A stretch of DNA of 63,712 nt, the filler included, from Octopus bimaculoides (lineage: Eukaryota), in the NCBI RefSeq assembly GCF_001194135.2. It is 5 parts of 5 records of this genome, joined end to end, with 100 filler letters (N's around TTAATTAATTAA, not from the genome) between each part and the next. Parts side by side here need not be neighbours in the genome. Positions count along the whole stretch, not along the records: positions 30,094 to 55,393 come from NC_068991.1; positions 55,494 to 60,739 come from NC_069006.1; positions 60,840 to 63,712 come from NW_026401339.1; 2 more parts are not named here. One strand, written 5' to 3'. Position numbers and translations under genes: made by a program. The notes under the pieces are model-generated. The model searched no databases, was not told where the DNA came from, and worked only from the letters and a program-made list of their open reading frames with translations. Shown one piece after another: positions 54,227 through 63,712 of this stretch (position 1 is its first letter; each line of letters opens with the position of its first letter).

Positions 54227-55223
54227 TTCATATATGCAAAGATACCAGAATTTATATCCAAAAACACATATACACACTTGTACATGTATATAAATGGAAA
54301 TTAATAAATACTAATGAAGATGTATACTCACACACCCATGCATTTACCCACCCATGTGTACACAACTTTCTATTCACACACTCACACATACACACACGAA
54401 TAATATGCATATACGATTCATATTTAACATTAGATTTAACTAAGGTACATCACTCTGCAAATCTATTTTGTAATGCTGTTTGAGTACTCTACCTTGCCTG
54501 CCTATCTATGCATCTGATACAAGTCTCCCCCTTTTTGTCTGTCTGCCTGTAGGTGTATAAACAATGGTTCTATTTAAATATACCTCTGTGTTTTTTTAGT
54601 ATACGTATTTACAACTGTTTATTGTTCTGTCTGCGTTTATACATTCACACATACATAAATACATACATACATACGTGTGTGTGTGTGTGTGTACACATAC
54701 ACACGCACATTTATACAGGCATAGATGCATACACATTCACATACATATACGCATGCGTACATAGATCATACGTATACACAAACAGATGCACAAACGCACA
54801 TATTTTCAGATGAACATAACCACTGAGAATTTTCATGCAGGGGCTTACAGTTTTATGTTTTATTATTATTTTTTATTTATTAGTTTTCTTTATCGAACCC
54901 TCCATTCTTTTCTTAGCATACTTTGTTTTCATTATATACACACAATTTCTTTTATTTCAGCAAATTCCCAGGTAAACATGCGGTGTACCCTGTTCCCTTC
55001 TTACAAACATTGTGCATGCCTATAAATGTGTCTATGAGATGCGTAATTGCAGTTCAATGAGTAATCTATTGATTTTTGCCTTGTGTTTACGTGTGTCTAA
55101 TACCTTAGTAAGTCCTTAGTAATTTTCTGGTATGCTGGTTTTGAAACAACATCTCCATTAGCCTAAATTGTGTACACCGATAACCTTGAATATATAATAT
55201 AATATAATATAATATAATATAAT

Positions 55224-55257
<34 letters not shown>

Positions 55258-56429
55258 GGGAGAATATACAAAAAATAACAACAGACGAGGACAGGTGGTG
55301 TAAATAACAAAAGTATATATTAGTATGTGTGTGTGTGTGTGTGTGTGTATGTGTGTGTGTGTGTGTGTACATATATATATCTACAGCTATATANNNNNNN
55401 NNNNNNNNNNNNNNNNNNNNNNNNNNNNNNNNNNNNNTTAATTAATTAANNNNNNNNNNNNNNNNNNNNNNNNNNNNNNNNNNNNNNNNNNNNGTGTGTA
55501 AGAATGGCGTTCCAGGTAGAAGGGATGAAATATAAAAGTTGCTAGAAACAACAGCCAAATCTCCCTTAAATCACACAAAGTAAACGGAATTTTAAAAATC
55601 TAATTACTGCACTGGAAAGTTCACATCGAGAAAATTCCATTGATGTAAAAATTTTTACGAAAAAGTGGAAAATGTGGATTTCTATAAACATTCAAAAAGG
55701 CTTCACACAAACACACAACTTCAGATTTATATATTAAGATTACTTGCTGGCCACTGGATAACATCCTATATAGATTTTGTCCTGCTGTTTTCTGTGGCAT
55801 GGCTTTTAACGGTTGGATGCCCTTTTTAATGCTGGTCACTTTACAACACGTACTGGGAGGCTTTGCCAAGCCACCAGTTCTGGTGAGGTCAACATACACC
55901 TTGCAAGATTATGTGACCTGAGATGAGGAGTCAAACTGAGAAAGGGCCAGAGCAGAACAGGTTTCTTGCTGTAGAGGACCTTTTTATATATCACGCGATC
56001 ACATGATCAACCAAGGTATTGGATGTTGTTATACATCACTGGTCACAGTGCGCTTTGCATTATTTTAGCTTTTGAATGATGCCAGCCTGCTGGATATAGC
56101 AGGGTTACCCATTGACAGCCGAGTGGACTGGGACGACGTGGAATGAAGTGTCTTGCTCAAGAACACAATGTGCAATTTGGTCTGAGAATCAAATCTGCGA
56201 TCTGGCGATTGGGAGTGAAACACCCTAAGCACTATACAATGCATGCATATGTATGCACATAAACACACGTATGCATGCACACACACCCATGCACATGCAT
56301 GCACACACACACACATATACACACACACATACACATGCATATACACACATACACATGCACACATACACATGCACACACACATGCATGCCACACACACATG
56401 TATGCACACACATGCACACATAGATATAT

Positions 56430-56664
56430 ACACATATATGATGGGCTTCTTTCAGTTTCCATCTCCCAAATCCACTCACAAGGCTTTGATTAGCCCAAGG
56501 CTATAGTAGAGGATACTTGCCTAAGTTGCCATGCAGTGGGACTGAACCAGAACCATGTGGTTGGGAAGCAAGCTTCTTACCACACACCGACTCCTGCACC
56601 TATATATATATATATATNNNNNNNNNNTGGGAAGCAAGCTTCTTACCACACACCGACTCCTGCA

Positions 56665-56711
<47 letters not shown>

Positions 56712-56868
56712 CAGGCTTTTTTCAGTTTCCATCGACCAAGTCCATTCACAAGTCTTTGATTGGCCTGAGGTTGTAGTAGAAGACACTTGTTTAAGGTGCT
56801 ATGCAGTGGGACTGAACCCAAAACCATATGGTTCAGAAGCAAGCCTCTTGCCACACAGCCATGCCTGG
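56430..56868 (-). mobile_element. Two tandem family A SINE heads (with a duplicated junction at a small gap)
   Basis: Copies at about 56430-56595 and 56710-56868. Confidence 0.75.
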
Positions 56869-57627
56869 CCTTATATAAATTTTGGGTCAAATCAAAATTG
56901 CCAACCAGCCACCAAAGAAACACCAAGTTGGATTTTGAGGACAGGAACACAACAAAATGTGGATTGAAAACATCTAATAATTGTAGCCTAATGAAATTTG
57001 ATAAAGTGGTAAAACAGCTGCATGAGAATTTGTGCTACAATTAGCTAAAATAACAAAAGGTGCCAAATTCTTTAAAATGGTTGTTTAATTCTGATGGAAC
57101 ATTTTCTGGAAGAAAATGCAAAAGAAAACCCTTTATGTCAAGAAGAGTGAAAAAAAAATAACCAAACAAAAAAAAAATGCAAAAAAAATATATTGTTAAT
57201 AGATTCAAAACATCTAAAAATCGAATTACATTATTTTTATGCTTTAATGCATTGGGTGATGGTTTTTCTCTCTCTAAGCTGTGGAACAAAGTGACACAAT
57301 GCTTCTTACACTGATGCAGAGATAAACACGGACAGAGCAAACATTCACACACACACACACATACAGACTAGTTTTTTTGCTGCTAGTATTTTGATGATTG
57401 TTTAGATTATATTTCTGTTTGTCTTTTATTGATGTTATCATCATTATAAATGTATTTTCATTGATTTACACAACATTGATTTGGTCCGTGACTCACTGAG
57501 CCAATCTACGGTACAGCCAAGGGACAATTACAAGTGTGTGTGTGTATTTGTGTGCATGTGTGTGCGTGTGTATGTTTGTATGAAATCTGTTTTTAGAGAA
57601 TGTGTGTATAAAGCATGTGTGCAAATG

Positions 57628-57661
<34 letters not shown>

Positions 57662-57741
57662 ATGCGTACATGTGTGTGTGTATTTGCATGTTAGTATAAA
57701 ATCTGGTTTTAGAGCATGTGTGTATAAACCATGTGTGTAAA

Positions 57742-57773
<32 letters not shown>

Positions 57774-57956
57774 TTGTAAATGTTTGCTTTGTCTATGTTT
57801 ATCTCTGCATCAGTGTGTGTGTGTATGTGTGTGTGTATTCAGGTGTGTCTTAGTTTTTCACAGTAGATTGGTTCTAAAAGTCACTATAAAAATCAAAATA
57901 ATGTAAAGTGATGGGAATACATTTTTAATGACATAATCAACAACAACAACAATAAC

Positions 57957-58000
<44 letters not shown>

Positions 58001-58003
<3 letters not shown>

Positions 58004-58340
58004 GAACACTCTGAGAGCACAAACCTCCGCCAAGACAACACCAACATCCTCTCAACGAGATGATTTTTAAAATGAGAATATCTGAAATAAACTTGACTGC
58101 TTTCACAAACGAGAATACTAAAAATGAATGTGACTGCACTCAAAAATTAAATAAAAAAACAGGAAAAATAATCCAGAATCCTTGTTCAGTGCTGGATTGA
58201 TCCCAAAATCTAATCAGTTTGTGCCATTCATGCAGCCAAACATCCCTGAAAGTTTCATCCGAATCCATCCAGCATTTCTTGAGCATGGACAAACAAACAT
58301 GATTGAAAACAATACCTTTGCCTTCAGTAAGGTGGAGGTA
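58001..58340. mobile_element. HINE/Helentron-like non-autonomous rolling-circle element
   Basis: Subterminal inverted repeat ACCTCCGCC / GGTGGAGGT, hairpin ACCTTTGCCTT-CAGT-AAGGTGGAGGT, and (TAA)n on both flanks. Confidence 0.6.
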
Positions 58341-58777
58341 GTAATAATAATAATAATAATAATAATAATTTCAAATTTTGGTACAAGGCCAGCAATTTTG
58401 TGGGAGGGGATAAATCAATTACATCAACTCCAGGACTCAACTGGTACGTGCACCTCTGGTACATATAAGTACCAGACTTCATAAAAAACAAGTACAACTG
58501 AGTTTGATTTATTCAACTTAGAACCCTTCAAGGTGGTGTCCCAGCATGGCCGTAATCTAATGATTGAAACAAGTAAAAGGCAAAAACTAATTCTAGTGCT
58601 GCTTTAGTATTTGGTTAACTTCATTTTTGTAGAAGTGAAATGAGAGTAAAATTAGAAGAAAATGGAAAATTTTAATGGAAACAACAAAATGGTTTTTCTA
58701 ATGATAAATAAAGTATAGAATGGTAAGCATGGTTAAGAAGTTTGCTTCTATCTGAAGTTCTTCCAAAAACATAAGCG

Positions 58778-58942
58778 TAGGAGTGGCTGTGTGGTAAGTG
58801 GCTTGCTTACGAACCACATGGTTCCGGGTTCAGTCCTACTGTGTGGCACCTTGGGCAAGTGTCTTCTACTATAGCCTCGGGCCGACCAAAGCCTTGTGAG
58901 TGGATTTGGTAGAGGGAAACTGAAAGAATCCCGTCGTATATA
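58778..58942 (+). mobile_element. Family A SINE head
   Basis: GGAGTGGCTGTGTGGTAAG...CCCGTCGTATAT. Confidence 0.85.
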
Positions 58943-58944
58943 TG

Positions 58945-58982
<38 letters not shown>

Positions 58983-59569
58983 AGAAATGAGGGCAGGGAA
59001 TCGTCAATTAATAATAGAATTAATAATTAACAATTTTGCCAAGTAGTTCAGTATGAAAAAAACCTTTATCGGTAAGACCATTTATCATCATAAATATAAG
59101 GGATTAGCAATTGAGTTGCTTCTCCAACATACTGAAAATTTAGAAATAGCAGTCANNNNNNNNNNNNNNNNNNNNNNNNNNNNNNNNNNNNNNNNNNNNN
59201 NNNNNNNNNNNNNNNNNNNNNNNNNNNNNNNNNNNNNNNNNNNNNNNNNNNNNNNNNNNNNNNNNNNNNNNNNNNNNNNNNNNNNNNNNNNNNNNNNNNN
59301 NNNNNNNNNNNNNNNNNNNNNNNNNNNNNNNNNNNNNNNNNNNNNNNNNNNNNNNNNNNNNNNNNNNNNNNNNNNNNNNNNNNNNNNNNNNNNNNNNNNN
59401 NNNNNNNNNNNNNNNNNNNNNNNNNNNNNNNNNNNNNNNNNNNNNNNNNNNNNNNNNGAATCAGTAGTTCTTTGACTGCTATTTCTAAATTTTCAGTATA
59501 TATATATATATATATATAATATATATATGTATATGTGTATGTGTGCATATGTTTGTGTGTCTATGTTTG

Positions 59570-59762
59570 TCCACCCAACATCGCTTGACAACTGATGCTG
59601 GTGTGTTTAGATCCCTGTAACTTAGCGGTTCAGCAAAAGAGACTGATAGAATAAGTACTAGGCTTACAAAGAATAAGTCCTGGAGTCGATTTGCTCGACT
59701 AAAGTCGGTGCTCCAGCATGGCTGCAGTCAAATGACTGAAACAAGTAAAAGAGAGTAAAGAG
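59570..59762 (+). mobile_element. Family A SINE 3' module
   Basis: CATCGCTTGACAAC...GAAACAAGTAAAAGAGAGTAAAGAG. Confidence 0.8.
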
Positions 59763-59789
59763 TAATTGTTTTGGATGAATTGTGAAAAG

Positions 59790-60030
59790 AAAAAGGAAAC
59801 AATTAGCACCAAGGGCTTTAAAGAATCTTCCAAACAGGGAATTATTTTAAATAAATTGCAAAAAGAATTATTCCAAGAAATTTAAAGAATCTTTGAAACA
59901 AGGAGTAACTTTGAATGTGTTGTGAAAAATATTAATCAGAGGAACTTTGAAGAATCTTCCAAACAGGAAATCGTTTTGAATGAGTTGTGAAAAAAATAAT
60001 TCCAAGAACTTTGAAGAATCTTCCAGACAC
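59790..60030. repeat. Degenerate ~64-bp minisatellite (about 4 units)
   Basis: TTT(A/G)AAGAATCTT recurs at about 59817, 59881, 59946 and 60010. Confidence 0.75.
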
Positions 60031-60061
60031 ACAGAGAATAATTTTGGTTGGTTGTACTCAC

Positions 60062-60230
60062 ATCGTGCAAGGGGAATGCGTCGGAGATAATCTTCTCATC
60101 AATCATTCTCTCAATGCCGATTTCTGCCTTTTTTCGCCGACCATAAACGGTGGTGGAGAGAATCTCCCAGACAGCCGCACTGCGCTGGGTGCTAGTGAAG
60201 AAGTTGAGGTGGTCATCACTTCCCAGGAAC
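60062..60230 (-). CDS. Internal exon of an anoctamin/TMEM16-family gene (cytosolic N-terminal region; 169 nt; phase 2 to phase 0)
   Basis: TGCTCTTCAG acceptor and GTGAGT donor bound FLGSDDHLNFFTSTQRSAAVWEILSTTVYGRRKKAEIGIERMIDEKIISDAFPLHD. This matches the anoctamin FTxxQRxxIV.EIL...GIxxL...xAxPLH(D/E) motif. The paralog cannot be assigned. Confidence 0.88.
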
Positions 60231-61467
60231 CTGAAGAGCAAAGAGAAACCTGGTACTTGAAAGGGTTTCCATCAAAACATCACACATAAAACACACTCAC
60301 ACATACACACACTCACACACATACACACAGAGTCATCACACAAATATACATGCTAATCTCACATGCGCACACATATACACACATGTACATGCACATCTGT
60401 GCACTCCTGTACACATACACATTCATGTGCACACACATGCATGCACACATGTATAACTTCACCCTCATGCACACACATGCACATACATGACCTTTAGTAA
60501 TACCCTTAAAGCCAAGAACTTTTCAGCCCCACCCTCATATATATATGTATATATAAAATTAAGAGGAATGACCACTAAAGTGGACACCTAATATGCTAAA
60601 CATAGATGTCAAATTGCCATTACCACGAAGAGTGTGTTCTCAAGAAAAATCTCACCAAAACATCAAAATGTAAAAATGAACAAGACAAATGAAAATATAT
60701 GAAATAAAAAATGATTACCTACCCTTATTATTTAATTTANNNNNNNNNNNNNNNNNNNNNNNNNNNNNNNNNNNNNNNNNNNNTTAATTAATTAANNNNN
60801 NNNNNNNNNNNNNNNNNNNNNNNNNNNNNNNNNNNNNNNGTTGGTGCTTTTCAAGGTTGATTTGAGTTAGTCCTTGTACCGCCTCAAGGTAACCTTGTAT
60901 TCCAGTGTTTAAAAAGAAAAAAAAAAAATGTTTTTATAAAGAGATAAAATTTCAGGAATTGTACCTTTTGTAGAAAAAAATAATTACTACCAATATGATG
61001 GTATTGATGCTATTAACCTGTAGCTAACAGTACTTGCAGTATCATTTCATTTATATTTTACCTGGACCGTTGTTTTATTGTTACTAAGAAAGCAAAAAAA
61101 GAATATATACGGCGGCTATGATCTAAGCTATCTACATTGTCATCACTAACCTATCATATTTACCTGTTGAGTATAATGCAAGAAATTTTATACAAAATGC
61201 CAGAATCATTATTGATGGGTAGCCTTGTATTCCAGTGTTTAAAAAGAAAAAAACAATGTTTTTATAAAGAGATAAAATATATAATATATTTCCTGTTTAG
61301 GTGCAAAAAATCTGGGGCCCTGCATTATATTAGGGGGGGCCTAATTGTAATTGAGTAAAATATGGTATATTATAAGTGCTATGGTAGTACTTGCTGTTTG
61401 TTATTACTGATCTATATTGTTAACATTGTTGTACAATATAAATACATACATACATTTTTATATATGG

Positions 61468-61515
<48 letters not shown>

Positions 61516-61549
61516 GAAACCGTTGACCATCATAATTAACATTATAGTT

Positions 61550-62095
61550 CTATATATTGTCATTGACATATTATTAGTTCTATAATATATATCCTAGCAG
61601 TGACCTGTGTTATTGATAATATACTACAATATGCTACAACAGATGTAGACTATTAGCACTGCAGTACTATATATCACTATATATTACCACCAGCATACTC
61701 TATTAGTACTGCAGTACTATATATTACCACAGATCTATATCATAAGTACTATAGTGCTATGTATTATGTTTTCATATACCTATGTTGTTAGTGCTGTAAT
61801 ACTATATATTACCACAGACCTATATTGTTAGTACTGTAGTACTATGTGCTATAATACCTCTGAACCATGTTATTAGTACTGTAGTACTATATATTATCAC
61901 AAATCTATATTGTTAGTATCATAATTCTACGTAGTATGTTATTACTCATCTCTGGCCTATATTATTAGTATTATACATTATCACTGAGCTATATTATTAG
62001 TGCTATAGCACTATATGTTATCACCAGCCTATGCTATTAGTACTATAGTACTATATATTACTAAAGACCTATGTTATTGGTACTACTTATAGTCA
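61550..62095. repeat. Degenerate ~40-bp minisatellite with a palindromic AGTACT-NN-AGTACT core
   Basis: Repeated TATTAGTACTGTAGTACTATATATTACCACAGACC variants. Confidence 0.8.
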
Positions 62096-62461
62096 GGACA
62101 TGATAATGGTTATCTACAGTGAGTAAATATCTACATTATCAACATCAGTTTATAAATCATAAATTTTTATTTATTTTTAATTTTGTTTTTAGACTAGGTC
62201 AGAGAAGGACGGGGGTAGCCCCCGTGGACCCATTTTGGGGGATTCTAAGTCAGGTGGGAAGAGGGGAGGAATTTATTCTCAGTCTGGAGACTAACAACAG
62301 AGTGTACTCCACTTAAGGCATTGTAGGGTCAGGTGGTAGTGTAAAAACTGGGGGAACAAATTAAGTCTGTTGCCCAAAGAATAAAAGTAATCCTTTTAGC
62401 AGGCTTCCACACAGTTTCCAAATCCCAAATTTCATACAACAAGAAATTGACATTGCATGTT

Positions 62462-62780
62462 GGGATGGGCTGGCACTCTGTCAATTACGACGACAAGGGT
62501 TCCTTCCAGTTGATCCGATCAATGGAACAGCTTGCTCATGAAATTATCGTGTAAGTGGCTGAGTACTCCACATATATATATGCATACCCTTAATGTAGTT
62601 CTCAGGGAGATTCAGCACGACACAGAATGCAACAAGACTGGCCCCTTTGAATTACAGGTACGTCTCACTTTTGCCAGCTGAATGGACAGGAGCAACAAGA
62701 GATAAAGTGTCTTGCTTAAGGAGACAATGCACTGCCAGATATCGAACTCGTGACCTTATGATTGTGAACCAAATACTCTT
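62462..62780 (-). mobile_element. tRNA-derived SINE related to 12358-12680
   Basis: Reverse complement of the shared body and tail. Confidence 0.75.
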
Positions 62781-62874
62781 GTCATTAGATCACACACCTT
62801 CTTGGAACGAAACTCCCCAAAACTCCTACAAAACTACAAAGATATATATACATACATACATAATACATACATAT

Positions 62875-62905
<31 letters not shown>

Positions 62906-62915
62906 TATATATATG

Positions 62916-62993
<78 letters not shown>

Positions 62994-63177
62994 AAGTAAA
63001 ACTAGTAGATTACACAGCCATATCTTCACTCCTATGTAACATAAATAGGTTGTTATTATAGCCTAAGAGATCTATCTATATTATTTACGCTGCTTTGTCA
63101 TTGCTCGTTAAATATATTTACAGTGTGTGTGTTTGTGAGTGCGTATGCATGCGCTCATGTATGCATATATAAATTTG

Positions 63178-63395
63178 AAGGCGGCGAGCTGGCGGAAACG
63201 TTAGCACGCCGGGCGAAATGCTTAGTTGTATTTCGTCTGTCTTTATGTTCTGAGTTCGAATTCCACCGAGGTCAACTTTGCCTTTCATCCTTTCGGAGTT
63301 GATAAATTAAGTACTAGTTGCATACTGAGATCGATGTGATTGACTGGCTCCTTCCCCCCAAAAAATTTGGGGCCTTGTGCCTCGAGTTGAAAAGA
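63178..63395 (+). mobile_element. Family B SINE, well preserved
   Basis: GGCGGCGAGCTGGCGGAAACGTTAGCACGCCGGGC...GAGTTCGAATTCC...CCTTTCATCCTTTCGGAGTTGATAAATTAAGTAC. Confidence 0.85.
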
Positions 63396-63429
63396 ATATA
63401 TACATACGTACTTACATACATATATAGAC

Positions 63430-63575
63430 ATGGAGGCACATGGTGAAGTGGTTAAGGTGTTGCACTCTTGATTGTAAGATTGTGGTTTCACATCCTGGAC
63501 TGGGTGGTGTATTCTTGAGCAAAACACTTCATTTCACGTTGCTCCAGTCCACTCAACTGGCAAAAGTCAGTAAAC
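63430..63575 (+). mobile_element. Truncated tRNA-derived SINE
   Basis: GGAGGCACATGGTGAAGTGGTTAAG...TTGAGCAAAACACTT...GCTCCAGTCCACTCA. Confidence 0.7.
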
Positions 63576-63712
63576 CTGTAACAGACCAGCATCCCATTTG
63601 TGGTAGATGGTATACATCACAAAATTTGCTAAACAGGATTTGTGAGCCTATGGCTTGGGAAGGACCTTTGATAATTTTGATATATACATATATATATATA
63701 TATCTATATATA

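Noticed and set aside
56570-56700. Duplicated SINE head segment across an 11-N gap
   Set aside because: Same overlapping-contig artefact.
1017-59548. Many 100-360 aa ORFs containing X runs or YI/CV/HT dipeptide repeats
   Set aside because: They span N-gaps or dinucleotide microsatellites.
59790-62095. Regularly spaced repeats that could suggest a CRISPR array
   Set aside because: The units are degenerate tandem copies without unique spacers, there are no cas genes, and the context is eukaryotic.

Overview
This is AT-rich eukaryotic DNA with dense microsatellites and many N-gaps. Its SINE families, mariner relics and microsatellite load look like a coleoid cephalopod, probably Octopus; that assignment is inferred, not searched. 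There are no prokaryotic-type systems and no CRISPR array. The only confident host-gene sequence is one internal exon of an anoctamin/TMEM16-family gene on the minus strand (60062-60230). I found no further anoctamin exon, so most of the window is probably intron, or exons are hidden in gaps. The rest is a transposon landscape: five mariner relics, a young-looking Ty3/Gypsy 5' end (LTR, gag, start of pol), two Penelope-like relics, an R4/Dong-type LINE 3' end, an APE-type LINE RT relic, several tRNA-derived SINE families, HINE/Helentron-like elements and a foldback array. The best second-look items are: hammerhead-ribozyme-like motifs in Penelope 3' ends; an inverted SINE pair whose outer 57 bp are identical while the inner parts have diverged; a Gypsy LTR with no canonical PBS but self-complementarity at that position; and HINE-like and other hairpin elements. 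Nearly all ORFs in the supplied track come from microsatellites or N-gaps. I cannot support a claim of a wholly new biological system.
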